64,000 nucleotides of DNA, taken from the NCBI GenBank assembly GCA_038874135.1, contig JAVZCZ010000001.1:383097-447096 (forward strand), given 5' to 3'. The DNA is from Candidatus Woesearchaeota archaeon (GTDB lineage Archaea; Nanobdellota; Nanobdellia; Woesearchaeales; 0-14-0-80-44-23). Positions 1-8,610 of the stretch are shown in pieces. The first letter of the stretch is position 1, and each line of letters begins with the position of its first letter. The position numbers were made by a program, and so were the translations under genes. The notes beneath the pieces are model-generated. The model had not been told where the DNA came from, searched no databases, and saw only the letters and a program-made list of their open reading frames with translations.

Positions 1-345
1 TGGCTGCTCTACTCCTGTGAGGAGCTCTGCAAGATTCTCAGTTTAAGAGAGTGTGAATCGGAGTTGCGGCGCTTAAGAATAAGGATGGAATATGGAGCCA
101 AAGAAGAGCTCGTTCCACTTCTGCGCCTGAAAGGAATTGGAAGGATAAAAGCAAGAATTCTGTATAACAACAGGATAAGAGACTTGGGAGATGTTAAGAA
201 GACTCCCATGGCAGCTCTGACAAGCATCCTTGGAAAGACCCTGGCTATAAGCATAAAGGCTCAGGTTGGAGAATCTCCCAAGGAAGAAGCTGAAAATTCA
301 GGAACGCTCTTAAATGGAAGTTGGCATCCTCTTTCTGAAGAGTAG
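1..345 (+). CDS. Hel308/Ski2-type helicase, C-terminal fragment (5' end outside window)
   Basis: Frame 1 is open from nt 1; the track only reports it from an internal Met at 64. The tail has a helix-hairpin-helix signature LLRLKGIGRIKARILY, as in the last domain of archaeal Hel308-like helicases. Confidence 0.5.
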   Translation, partial: WLLYSCEELCKILSLRECESELRRLRIRMEYGAKEELVPLLRLKGIGRIKARILYNNRIRDLGDVKKTPMAALTSILGKTLAISIKAQVGESPKEEAENSGTLLNGSWHPLSEE

Positions 346-346
346 C

Positions 347-1057
347 TTATCTACGCTGCAGTTTTCTGAACATCAGCTTTATTTCAGGAAAGGATAGCTT
401 TCTATACCTTCCGGGAGCCAGCCCATTTATTGAGAGGCTTCCTATTCTGACTCTGAGAAGTCTTACTACCTTGTAGCCAAGTACTTCAAACATCTTCTTT
501 ATCTGATGCTTTTTACCCTCATGCATTATAATCCTCACGGCCTTTGAATCTTCTAATGTTTCAGCTTTGAGAGGCCAGCTCTTACTACCATTAAAATCTA
601 CACCCTGTCTCAACAATTTAAGATCCTTGCTTTTTATGGGCCTGTCAATCCAGACGAGGTACTCCTTTTCTGTTTCATATCTAGGATGCGTTATAAGGTT
701 TGTGATTTCCCCATCATTTGTAAGGAGCACAAGCCCTTCTGAATCAAAATCCAGCCTGCCAGCAGGGTATACCCTCTCTTTAACCCGTACAAAATCTGCA
801 ATGCTCTTTCTTCCAGGCGTTTTTTCCATACTGCATAGAACAAATTTTGGCTTATAGAATAGGATATAAGTTTTTCTTTCATGCGCGAGTTCCCTGCCGT
901 CAACCATTATCCTATCTACAAAAGCGTCTGCCTTGTCTCCCAACTGGCACCTCTTCCCATTAACACTTACCCTGCCTTCAAGGATGAGCTGTTCAGCTCT
1001 TCTCCTGGAGCAGTATCCTGAATTTGCTATTATCTTCTGAACCCTCTGCAACGCCAT
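347..1057 (-). CDS. pseudouridine synthase, RsuA/RluB family (S4 domain + catalytic domain)
   Basis: N-terminal S4-like segment (QKIIANSGYCSRRRAEQLILEGRVSVNG) and the catalytic-Asp motif GRLDFDSEGLVLLTNDG. Confidence 0.85.
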   Translation of the reverse strand: MALQRVQKIIANSGYCSRRRAEQLILEGRVSVNGKRCQLGDKADAFVDRIMVDGRELAHERKTYILFYKPKFVLCSMEKTPGRKSIADFVRVKERVYPAGRLDFDSEGLVLLTNDGEITNLITHPRYETEKEYLVWIDRPIKSKDLKLLRQGVDFNGSKSWPLKAETLEDSKAVRIIMHEGKKHQIKKMFEVLGYKVVRLLRVRIGSLSINGLAPGRYRKLSFPEIKLMFRKLQRR

Positions 1058-1092
1058 TTTTACCTAAACCTGCTGGAGAACATCCTCTCTTT

Positions 1093-1794
1093 TTAAACCT
1101 GCGCAGTGCAGTAAGCACATCTAAGCCTCAAAGAACAATTAGAGCATTTAGGCACCTTCTGGCAGAACCTCTTGGCGTGCTCAACAATGAGGGCGTGAAA
1201 TTCTTGGTACACTTCAAACTTTTTTGGAAGGCAACTTTCAAATTTTTCCCTTACTTCATCATATTCAGCATTCTGGCTTATTAAGCCAAGGCGTGAGAAT
1301 ATCCTTCTAGTGTAGGCGTCCACCACAAATATTCTCTGCTTGTAGGCATACAGCAGTATTGAATCAGCTGTTTCTTTGCCTACACCCCACACTGAGAGGA
1401 GTTCATCCCGTGAGGGGATTCTCCCTCTAAGTTTTATGAAGAATCTTGAAAACTCAATAAGCTTTCTCGCCTTCTGATTGAAGTATCCTGCTGGGCGTAT
1501 CGCTGAAGCAATTTTATATTCTTTTAAGCGCAGAATCTTTTCAGGATTAAGAGCCCCTAACCTTTTAAGGTTTAAAATGGCTTTTTCAACATTCTTCCAA
1601 GAGGTGTTCTGGGTAAGTATTGCTCCCACACAGATCTCAAAAATATCACTTTCTCGCGTTGGAAATGAATAATCTCCAGGATGATATCCCACCTTGGAAG
1701 CTGACTTTTTATCAGCAGCACTTAGAAGGGGCCACCAGCCTTGAGGCCCATAATCTTTCAGGAGTTGCTTGTAGACTTCTAAAAATTCGTTCAT
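1093..1794 (-). CDS. endonuclease III-related HhH-GPD base-excision repair protein with C-terminal 4-Cys cluster
   Basis: HhH-GPD region (LLSVWGVGKETADSILLYAY ... VVDAYTRRI) and a C-terminal CxxxxxxCxxCxxxxxC pattern (CQKVPKCSNCSLRLRC). Confidence 0.8.
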   Translation of the reverse strand: MNEFLEVYKQLLKDYGPQGWWPLLSAADKKSASKVGYHPGDYSFPTRESDIFEICVGAILTQNTSWKNVEKAILNLKRLGALNPEKILRLKEYKIASAIRPAGYFNQKARKLIEFSRFFIKLRGRIPSRDELLSVWGVGKETADSILLYAYKQRIFVVDAYTRRIFSRLGLISQNAEYDEVREKFESCLPKKFEVYQEFHALIVEHAKRFCQKVPKCSNCSLRLRCAYCTAQV

Positions 1795-1870
1795 TAAAAA
1801 GAGATTGTTAATTTCTGATTTAAAATATTTTTCAAAAACCTTTTATATTCAACAGCACAATACTGGAAAT

Positions 1871-3190
1871 ATGAAGATAGCTGTGCTCACAATGTTTAAA
1901 GAAGGGCTTGGGGGAGGGGCGGGAAGAGCAGCTTACGACTTGGCAAGGTGCCTGGCAAGGCATAACAAAGTAGCTCTGCTATGCCCTGGAGAAAATACTG
2001 GCGTGCTTAAAAGGGAAAAAAATTTGATCATGTTTTCGTTAAAGGCAAAAAGCAAGGGCAACATCAGCATTATTAAGTGGGATGAAAAGAACTTTAAGTC
2101 TTTCAGAAATTTTTTGGACGATTTCAAACCTGATGTCATTCATGCTAACGACTTTATAGACATTGACTTTTACGGAATGGTTTATGCGGTAGAGCGGAGA
2201 ATACCCTTCTTCTACACTGGCCACGTGCTTCCTTCTAAGTGTTTGGAGTTCTCACTGCCAAGAGCACTTACTCCTGGAGCGAGAATTCTGGAGAAGGGAG
2301 TAATAAGAAAATACTTGAAGAGATTCTTCGCAAACTGCGATGGCATAGTAACTATGAACAAGTTCAACTATGCTGACCACGCCAAGTTCTGCCAGAGAAG
2401 CAAGCTTTACATAATTCCTAACGGGAAGAATCTTAGAGTCTATGAGAAGGTAAAAATTGCGGGAAGGAATTCTCCCAAAAACATAATATTCATAGGGTTT
2501 TTGAGCGATAGGAAGAATCAGGCTTTTCTTATAAAGAGCATGAAGTACCTCCCTCAAGAGTACAACCTCATACTTGTAGGTTCTGAGCTCTACCCCGGAT
2601 ACAGGAAGAAGCTAGAAAGGCTCGCTGAGGATTACAATGTCAGAAATCGCGTGGAATTCGTAGGAGAGGTACCCTATGATAAGATACCCTTACAAATTGC
2701 CAGAGCCAAGGCATTTGTTTCAGCATCCTTAATGGAAGTTCAAAGCCTAGTAGTGCTAGAAGCACTAGCCTCCGGAAGGCCCGTTATCGGGTTGAAGAAC
2801 GAAACAATTTCAGAAGTCATTGACGGTTCAAACGGAATTGCTCTACCAAAGAATTGCACTCCTAAGCGATTTGCAGAAGCGGTTAGAAGCGTTCTTGAAA
2901 TGCCTTACGAGGAATATAAAAAAATGTGCGTTAATGCAAGAAAATCAGTAAGAAGATTCGGCTGGGATTCTGTAGAGGGCCAGCTGCTAAAAATGTATCA
3001 ACATGGATTGAGTAACTACAAGGAGAAGAGTACTGCTGGAATAATAAGAACTTATGAAAAGTGGAATAGGCTGCTTTCTTCTGTTATTTATTTCGCAATC
3101 TTCATAGATGAAAAGTTCAGAAGATTTAACAGTAAGATATTAAATTCTTTAAAGAAGATAAAAAAGAAAGTGGTTAAGAGGAGAGCTTGA
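1871..3190 (+). CDS. glycosyltransferase, GT4-like (GT-B fold)
   Basis: Typical N-terminus MKIAVLTMF..GLGGGAGRAAYDLARCL and a C-terminal EVQSLVVLEALASGRPVIG motif. I moved the start to the ATG at 1871; the track ORF begins at 1805. Confidence 0.8.
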   Translation: MKIAVLTMFKEGLGGGAGRAAYDLARCLARHNKVALLCPGENTGVLKREKNLIMFSLKAKSKGNISIIKWDEKNFKSFRNFLDDFKPDVIHANDFIDIDFYGMVYAVERRIPFFYTGHVLPSKCLEFSLPRALTPGARILEKGVIRKYLKRFFANCDGIVTMNKFNYADHAKFCQRSKLYIIPNGKNLRVYEKVKIAGRNSPKNIIFIGFLSDRKNQAFLIKSMKYLPQEYNLILVGSELYPGYRKKLERLAEDYNVRNRVEFVGEVPYDKIPLQIARAKAFVSASLMEVQSLVVLEALASGRPVIGLKNETISEVIDGSNGIALPKNCTPKRFAEAVRSVLEMPYEEYKKMCVNARKSVRRFGWDSVEGQLLKMYQHGLSNYKEKSTAGIIRTYEKWNRLLSSVIYFAIFIDEKFRRFNSKILNSLKKIKKKVVKRRA

Positions 3191-3191
3191 T

Positions 3192-4376
3192 ATGAAGGTT
3201 TTCAGCCACTCCAGGATTCAATCCTATGAGCAGTGCCCTCTCAAATTCAAGTTTGCATATATTGACAATGTTGAAACGGAGATATCTGAGAGCATTGAGA
3301 GCTTTCTTGGATCAAGGGTTCATGAGGCATTGGAAAAGCTTTACAGAGACCTGATGTTTGAGAAGTTAGATTCTGTTGAAGAGATCCTGCAATTTTACAA
3401 TGAAGAGTGGAAGAAAAATTGGAATGACGGCATAGTAATAGTAAGAGAGAATGAAGGCTATTCTGCCGAGAATTATCGTAAGATGGGTGAGCGCTTCTTA
3501 AGAGATTATTACAAGAGGTATTATCCCTTCAATCATTCCAGAACAATTGCACTAGAAACTGAAGAGAAGGTTGCCCTGGATGATGAGCACTACATTCACA
3601 TTAGAATAGATCGCCTTGCCATTGCTCCTGACGGAACATACGAAATTCACGATTATAAAACTAGCAGTAGCATTAAGACCCAGGAAGAACTGGATAAAGA
3701 TAGGCAGCTGGCGATATACGCTTATGGTGTTAAGAAGATGTTTCCAGATGCTAAGAAAGTATCTCTGGTATGGCATTATCTGGCATTTGATAAGGAAATG
3801 CGTTCTGAAAGAACAGATGAACAGCTGGAAAAGCTGAGGGATGAAGTGCTCTCAATAATAAGGGAGATAGAGTCAGAAGACAAGTTTGAGCCGAAGATGT
3901 CTGCTCTGTGTGACTGGTGCGAGTTTAGGCCTGTTTGCCCAAACTTCAAGCATCTTTACGAGCTTGAGAAGAAGGAACCAGAGGAATTTTTAGATGATGA
4001 GGGGGTTAAGCTAGTTAATGAGTATGCTGCAATTTCGGAAAGAATTGAGGAGCTCTCTGAAAGGGCGGAAGAGTTAAAAGAAAAGATAAAGAGGTTTGCG
4101 ATTCAGAAAAATGTTAATTTTGTTTATGGTTCTGAGGTCAAGGCATTGGTTAAAGTTTATAGTCGGCTTAACTTTCCCGGCAGGGACAACCCTAAGCGCA
4201 AAGAGCTTTTTGAGCTTCTCAAAAAAGTCGGGCTCTGGGAACAGATAGCAGAGCCAAACTTTTATGAACTCTCAAAATTGTTAAACTCTGGAGAGATTCA
4301 TCCTGAGATTAAGGGCCTAATTGAAAAATATGTGGAAAAATGTGATACAGTGTTCCTAAGGCTTATGAAGAAATAG
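3192..4376 (+). CDS. PD-(D/E)XK nuclease family protein (RecB/Cas4-like, with 4-Cys cluster)
   Basis: N-terminal Cys (YEQCPLKFKF), core IRIDRLAIAPDGTYEIHDYKT, and a C-terminal CDWCEFRPVCPNF triad. The start is 1 nt after the GT stop. Confidence 0.7.
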   Translation: MKVFSHSRIQSYEQCPLKFKFAYIDNVETEISESIESFLGSRVHEALEKLYRDLMFEKLDSVEEILQFYNEEWKKNWNDGIVIVRENEGYSAENYRKMGERFLRDYYKRYYPFNHSRTIALETEEKVALDDEHYIHIRIDRLAIAPDGTYEIHDYKTSSSIKTQEELDKDRQLAIYAYGVKKMFPDAKKVSLVWHYLAFDKEMRSERTDEQLEKLRDEVLSIIREIESEDKFEPKMSALCDWCEFRPVCPNFKHLYELEKKEPEEFLDDEGVKLVNEYAAISERIEELSERAEELKEKIKRFAIQKNVNFVYGSEVKALVKVYSRLNFPGRDNPKRKELFELLKKVGLWEQIAEPNFYELSKLLNSGEIHPEIKGLIEKYVEKCDTVFLRLMKK

Positions 4377-4411
4377 AAAGTTTTATAACAAAAAAAGAGA
4401 ATGAATTTTTT

Positions 4412-4936
4412 ATGAACCACAATAACCATAAGGATGTAGTAAAGAAGGGCGACCTGGTTAAGATTGATTACTCCGCCTCATTGCCTGACGGGGTGATATT
4501 TGACACTTCCATAGGTTTTGTTGCAGACAGGTGCGGCATTTTAGATGATGTAAGAGAGTATAAGCCTATGGAATTCATAGTTGGATCTGGCAGCGTGATT
4601 CCTGGGCTTGAAGAGGCTGTTTTGGGAATGAGAATAAATGAGTCAAAAACTGTAATGATAAGTGCGAATGAAGCATTTGGAGAACACGATCCTGAAAAGA
4701 TCAAGAGGGTTCCGAAGGAGCTCTGCGGAAAGCAGAGCATAATAAAAGGGGAGCACCTTGTTATAACAGATGGGAATAAAGCAGTGCTTTGCCATGTAGA
4801 AGAGGTAACTGAAGATTCAGTAGTCCTTGACTTAAACCACCCTCTGGCCGGTAGGGACATAATTCTGAACATAAAGGTTCTAGCAATAAACGGCAAGCCT
4901 GAGAGCAATCAGAACGGCAATTCACAAACTTTATAA
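4412..4936 (+). CDS. FKBP-type peptidyl-prolyl cis-trans isomerase (SlyD-like)
   Basis: VKKGDLVKIDYSASLPDGVIFDTS ... FIVGSGSVIPGLEEAVLGM ... HPLAGRDI. Confidence 0.85.
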   Translation: MNHNNHKDVVKKGDLVKIDYSASLPDGVIFDTSIGFVADRCGILDDVREYKPMEFIVGSGSVIPGLEEAVLGMRINESKTVMISANEAFGEHDPEKIKRVPKELCGKQSIIKGEHLVITDGNKAVLCHVEEVTEDSVVLDLNHPLAGRDIILNIKVLAINGKPESNQNGNSQTL

Positions 4937-4960
4937 ATAAGCCCAATTTTCTGAGATAAT

Positions 4961-5305
4961 ATGCAGTATAAGAATGGCTCTCAGCAGAATTCTGAAAATC
5001 CTGAAGAGGATTTTAGACACCTCAGAGTCCCAAGGGGCAAAGAGACCTTTGGAATAGTTGAGCAGCGCCTGGGAGCTTCCAGGATAAGAGTTAGGTGCTT
5101 AGACGGAAAGAACCGTGTCTGCAGAATTCCCGGAAGACTTAAGAGAAAGCTCTGGGTTAGAGAAGGTGACACAGTTATTGTTGAGCCTTGGGAGTTCGGC
5201 GGCGATGACAAGGGAGACATAGTATTCAAGTACCGCCCAACTCAGGTGAATTATCTTAAGAGAAGCGGCTATTTGAAGGAACTTGAAGACTTCAACGAGT
5301 TTTAG
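4961..5305 (+). CDS. eif1a: translation initiation factor aIF-1A
   Basis: S1-like core [49 protein letters not shown]...GDIVFKY. Confidence 0.9.
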   Translation: MQYKNGSQQNSENPEEDFRHLRVPRGKETFGIVEQRLGASRIRVRCLDGKNRVCRIPGRLKRKLWVREGDTVIVEPWEFGGDDKGDIVFKYRPTQVNYLKRSGYLKELEDFNEF

Positions 5306-5780
5306 TCCTCACTTCTTCACTAATTACTGACAGAATTAGAATAAAGCAGCCAAGGCTTATCATGGAATCTGCGAGATTAAAAACTGGCCACGCCTTCAAA
5401 TCTAAAAAGTCCAGAACTGAACTGTAAAATATTCTGTCATAAAGGTTCCCGAGTATGCCAGCGCTTATGAGACCTAAAGATAGTGAGAGTTTGCTCTTGT
5501 TTATCCAAAAAGTTGAGGAAGCTGCAATTACTGCTAAAACGAACAGGGAGAATATAATTAAGAATCCGGCTGAGTGGGGAATTATGCCGAATGCTGCCCC
5601 ACTATTTCTAGTTGGCGTTATAAAGATTAGATTTGCTATAAGTGGGTAGGATTTGCCAATTGGAAATTTTAGAAATACCAAATGTTTAGTTATCCTGTCC
5701 ATCAGAAAACCTAAAGTTGTAAGTAAGAAGAAAGATGTTAGATTTTTTATATTGTGATTCTTATCCGCACGCTTCACCAT
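5292..5780 (-). CDS. lspA: lipoprotein signal peptidase (signal peptidase II, peptidase A8)
   Basis: Four TM segments with the conserved blocks TRNSGAAFG and NLYDRI...VLDFLD...[14 protein letters not shown]. Confidence 0.8.
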   Translation of the reverse strand: MVKRADKNHNIKNLTSFFLLTTLGFLMDRITKHLVFLKFPIGKSYPLIANLIFITPTRNSGAAFGIIPHSAGFLIIFSLFVLAVIAASSTFWINKSKLSLSLGLISAGILGNLYDRIFYSSVLDFLDLKAWPVFNLADSMISLGCFILILSVISEEVRTKTR

Positions 5781-6118
5781 CGTCTCTCCTTCATAATCAT
5801 TTCAAGGTTTGAGAGGCGCTGGTTAAGATTCTGCAGCATCATCTGGATTGAGTCCAGCTTGGCAGAAAGTACTTCCATCTGCTTCTGAAGCATGTAAGTA
5901 GGGTCCATTCCCCCGCCGTACTGGAAGGCTGCTTGCTGCTGAAATGCTGTTGGCTGCGGAATGCCCGTTTGGAATCCGGACGGATATGTTCCCTGAGGAG
6001 TGCTTGCTGTTGCAAGCGGATCCTGAATTCCGGTGTTAAGTCCAGGCTGCCCTCCCAGGTCAAGCTTGGAAAGGTCTAAAGGTTCATCTTTCTTTTTTCC
6101 AAAAGAGAATAGTCCCAT
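5774..6118 (-). CDS. hypothetical P/Q-rich protein with C-terminal coiled coil
   Basis: The ORF overlaps the lspA start by 7 nt. It has a low-complexity Q/P/G middle and a heptad-like tail (LSAKLDSIQMMLQNLNQRLSNLEMIM). Its N-terminus MGLFSFGKKKDEP resembles MPILGKKEEKP of the 35992 ORF. Confidence 0.5.
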   Translation of the reverse strand: MGLFSFGKKKDEPLDLSKLDLGGQPGLNTGIQDPLATASTPQGTYPSGFQTGIPQPTAFQQQAAFQYGGGMDPTYMLQKQMEVLSAKLDSIQMMLQNLNQRLSNLEMIMKERRW

Positions 6119-6135
6119 TTTCCATCACGCTCTTT

Positions 6136-6822
6136 TTATTTTCTCTTTTTGCTGCTTATAGTTTTGGAAAGCTTTTCCAGTAGTTCTTTTCCACATTTTG
6201 AAATTGCTTCAGCGCCCTTTCTTCCTTTCTTTAATAGGTTTCCAGCAACATTGTAGTCCCAAAGCACTCCTGGCATGTCCTTTATCCTGTTCCCCCACCT
6301 TTCAAAGAAGCAGGTGGACTCTAAAGTGTTTATGGAGTGCATTTCAGGTTTTTCTGCTGGATGCCCAATTGGAAGTATGGCTTCTATTCTAACATGGTCT
6401 GGATTATCTATTATTCTCTGGATAGCATTCTCTTCAAATGCTCCAACCCAACAGGAAGCGAGGCCTAGGGCGTGAGCTGCGAGAAGCATATTCTGTATTG
6501 CTGCTGCGCAGTTCTGAATTGCGTAGAGACGCTCACCCCTTATTCCGTAAAACTTTCTTATCCTCTCCATATCAGAGCAGACAACTATTATAACTGGAGC
6601 CTTAGAAATCCAGTGCTGCTGAGCGCATGCCTCTGCAATCTGCTTTTTCTTTTCCTCTTCTGTGATTATTACGAATTTCCAGTTTTGAAGGTTTCCTGAA
6701 GATGGAGCGTGCATTCCGGCTTCTATGATCTTCACGACATCTCCCCAATAGACTGGTTCATCAGTAAACTTGCGTATGCTCCTCCTCTCTATCATAGCTT
6801 CAAACAGGTCCATACCCTTCAT
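6136..6822 (-). CDS. nitroreductase family protein
   Basis: ERRSIRKFTDEPV ... APSSGNLQNWKFVII ... classic nitroreductase blocks. Confidence 0.85.
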   Translation of the reverse strand: MKGMDLFEAMIERRSIRKFTDEPVYWGDVVKIIEAGMHAPSSGNLQNWKFVIITEEEKKKQIAEACAQQHWISKAPVIIVVCSDMERIRKFYGIRGERLYAIQNCAAAIQNMLLAAHALGLASCWVGAFEENAIQRIIDNPDHVRIEAILPIGHPAEKPEMHSINTLESTCFFERWGNRIKDMPGVLWDYNVAGNLLKKGRKGAEAISKCGKELLEKLSKTISSKKRK

Positions 6823-6902
6823 AATGTTATCTTTTCATTAATAAATTTATCTGAAATGCTAGATTTATAACTGCAATTTTAAGTGAGAGTAAAAGATTAG
6901 AA

Positions 6903-6975
6903 AAATTATTAGAATAATTTAAACTACTAAAATTATAATAATTTTAAAAAAATTATTTTAATTAAAATAATTTTT
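6903..6975. repeat. three consecutive perfect AT palindromes sharing an AAATTAT half-site
   Basis: aaattatt-ag-aataattt (6903-6920), aaaattat-a-ataatttt (6929-6945), and a 28-bp perfect palindrome aaaaattattttaa|ttaaaataattttt (6948-6975). They lie in the ~245-bp almost pure A/T divergent intergenic region. Confidence 0.7.
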
Positions 6976-7068
6976 AATACTTAAATTTTAAAAATAGTAA
7001 AATATTTAAATATCAAATATTATTTAGATTAAAAAAATTATAAAAGTATTTTTACAGCGTCGAGAAGA

Positions 7069-7242
7069 ATGAAGAAAGTTAATATTGGATTGAGCGATGA
7101 AATTCATGCGCAGGCAAAAATAATCTCAGTTCTAAAAAAGATAACACTTCAGGAATACCTTCAAGACGCGATTGAAAGTGCGGTGAAAAAGGACAGGGCA
7201 ATACTTGGGAAGGTGCGAGGTGAGAAAGAAGAAATAAGCTGA
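7069..7242 (+). CDS. small ribbon-helix-helix (CopG/Arc-like) protein, 57 aa (hand-translated, below track cutoff)
   Basis: MKKVNIGLSDEIHAQAKIISVLKKITLQEYLQDAIESAVKKD...: beta-strand (VNIGL) followed by two helices, the usual RHH layout. ATG at 7069, TGA at 7240-7242. Confidence 0.5.
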   Translation: MKKVNIGLSDEIHAQAKIISVLKKITLQEYLQDAIESAVKKDRAILGKVRGEKEEIS

Positions 7243-7251
7243 ATCATGCTC

Positions 7252-7348
7252 CAAGGGGCTGTGCCAGTAGGTATTGAAGTCAAAGACTTCTCAACTGATG
7301 TTGACACCCCCAATCTCGACATCAAATACCTAGCAAAACAGCCCCTTG
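7252..7348. ncRNA. candidate structured RNA (Y-shaped, GC-rich island); function and strand unknown
   Basis: An 11-bp perfect closing stem caaggggctgt/acagccccttg continues as ggtatt/aatacc. Inside are two hairpins: gaagtc-aaa-gacttc and gatgttga-(11 nt)-tcgacatc. The element is followed by ccccctttt. Confidence 0.35.
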
Positions 7349-7430
7349 CCCCCTTTTAATTCTAAAAAATTTAAAATTAGAAGAAAAAAATTATAAACTG
7401 GTCCAGATAAACCATTCTTTGGGAGTTAGT

Positions 7431-8165
7431 ATGAAGGAAAGTTATCTTGATGAAATCATAATCGGATTATACTCTGAAAAACCTTGTGAAGAGCTCAGGC
7501 GAGAGTTCATAGAAAGAAAACATGTGATAGGAATTGCCGGCAATATAGGCGTAGGAAAATCCACCCTTGCAGAGATCCTATCAAAGGTTCTAGAATGCCC
7601 GGTTTACAAAGAATTGGACGAACCAAATCCTTACCTTGAAAGATTTTACAAGAATCCAAAAGAATGGGCTTACAAGAGCCAGATGTTCTTCTTAGAAGCC
7701 AAAGCAAGAAAGATGAAACAAATTCAAGAGTCAGAAAAATCTGCAATAATTGACAGGACAATCTATGAAGACATATACATATTTGCAAGGGCACAACTTG
7801 AACTCGGCAACATGACAAGAGAAGAATGGCGAAGTTACGAGGAAAGAAAGGATGAACTGCTAAAAGGCATACAATACCCTGAAATGATAATATACCTCAG
7901 GGGAAATGCTCAGCCAACGCTCTGGGAAAGAATAAACAGCAGAAAGAGGCCTGAAGAGGTGAATGGCACTTCCTTGGATCAGGAATATCTATACTTCTTA
8001 GGCGGGCTTTATGAGGTTTGGGTGCACTCTTCAGAGCTGAATAGCAAAACAGAGGTCAGAGTAATAGAAACTGACGATTTCAGAAAGCAGCCTCAAGCCG
8101 ATGAGTCAATAAAAAATGTTGCATACAAAACAGTAATTGCGTTACACACTTTTTTTGTTAAATGA
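7431..8165 (+). CDS. deoxynucleoside kinase (dAK/dGK/dCK family)
   Basis: P-loop IGIAGNIGVGKSTLAEIL, then the ER(F)Y...P and DRTIYED blocks. Start set to the ATG at 7431; the track starts at a TTG at 7419. Confidence 0.8.
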   Translation: MKESYLDEIIIGLYSEKPCEELRREFIERKHVIGIAGNIGVGKSTLAEILSKVLECPVYKELDEPNPYLERFYKNPKEWAYKSQMFFLEAKARKMKQIQESEKSAIIDRTIYEDIYIFARAQLELGNMTREEWRSYEERKDELLKGIQYPEMIIYLRGNAQPTLWERINSRKRPEEVNGTSLDQEYLYFLGGLYEVWVHSSELNSKTEVRVIETDDFRKQPQADESIKNVAYKTVIALHTFFVK

Positions 8166-8606
8166 TCAATTAACAAATCTTCTTGCCACTAGAGGAATCA
8201 ACCCGAAAGAAGCAATCCCTGCACAAACTAAAAACCCTATTAGAGGGTTTGGAGTTTTAGGCGGACATTCAGAACTTAAAGGTATGTCTATCCGAAAGCT
8301 CATTATGCTATTTTCAGATGTTTTCAGTTCTAAATATGAGAAAGAGCACTCCTTAAGTGCAGTGACATTTATTGTTTGCGAGCTTCCAGCCTCAACTACA
8401 ACATTCTGCAATGAGGCAATAAACATTCCAGAATTCTCAGTAATAGAAACATTAATCTTTTCATTTCCTGTGTTGAAAATTGTGAGCTGCAAGTTCTGCT
8501 GAGAAGCTCTGAAGTCCAGCCTATCAGGGGAAACTCCCAGAGATGCTGCATTTGTTACATAAACCAGCATTATAAATAAAAAAATTAGAAGAATCTGCCT
8601 TTTCAA
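8166..8606 (-). CDS. secreted protein with C-terminal TM anchor, hypothetical
   Basis: Signal peptide MKRQILLIFLFIMLVYVTNA, a beta-rich middle (LGVSPDRLDF...), and a C-terminal hydrophobic anchor. It lies immediately downstream of the LTD protein gene. Confidence 0.5.
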   Translation of the reverse strand: MKRQILLIFLFIMLVYVTNAASLGVSPDRLDFRASQQNLQLTIFNTGNEKINVSITENSGMFIASLQNVVVEAGSSQTINVTALKECSFSYLELKTSENSIMSFRIDIPLSSECPPKTPNPLIGFLVCAGIASFGLIPLVARRFVN

Positions 8607-8610
8607 AGTC

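Noticed and set aside
6823-7068. Very AT-rich ~245-bp spacer considered as a replication origin (DNA unwinding element)
   Set aside because: There is no orc1/cdc6 gene nearby. I could not find G-rich ORB-like repeats. Divergent promoters plus operator palindromes explain it adequately.
7252-7348. Y-shaped element considered as 5S rRNA, tRNA, or C/D or H/ACA guide RNA
   Set aside because: It is too short and its arms too small for 5S. It has no T-loop or anticodon architecture. It has no RUGAUGA/CUGA box pairs and no ACA box 3' of the stem.
7246-7359. 37-codon ORF (MLQGAVPVGIEVKDFSTDVDTPNLDIKYLAKQPLAPF) downstream of the RHH gene, considered as a toxin partner
   Set aside because: It is too short, has no recognisable fold signature, and coincides exactly with a long imperfect inverted repeat. 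An RNA-structure explanation is preferred.
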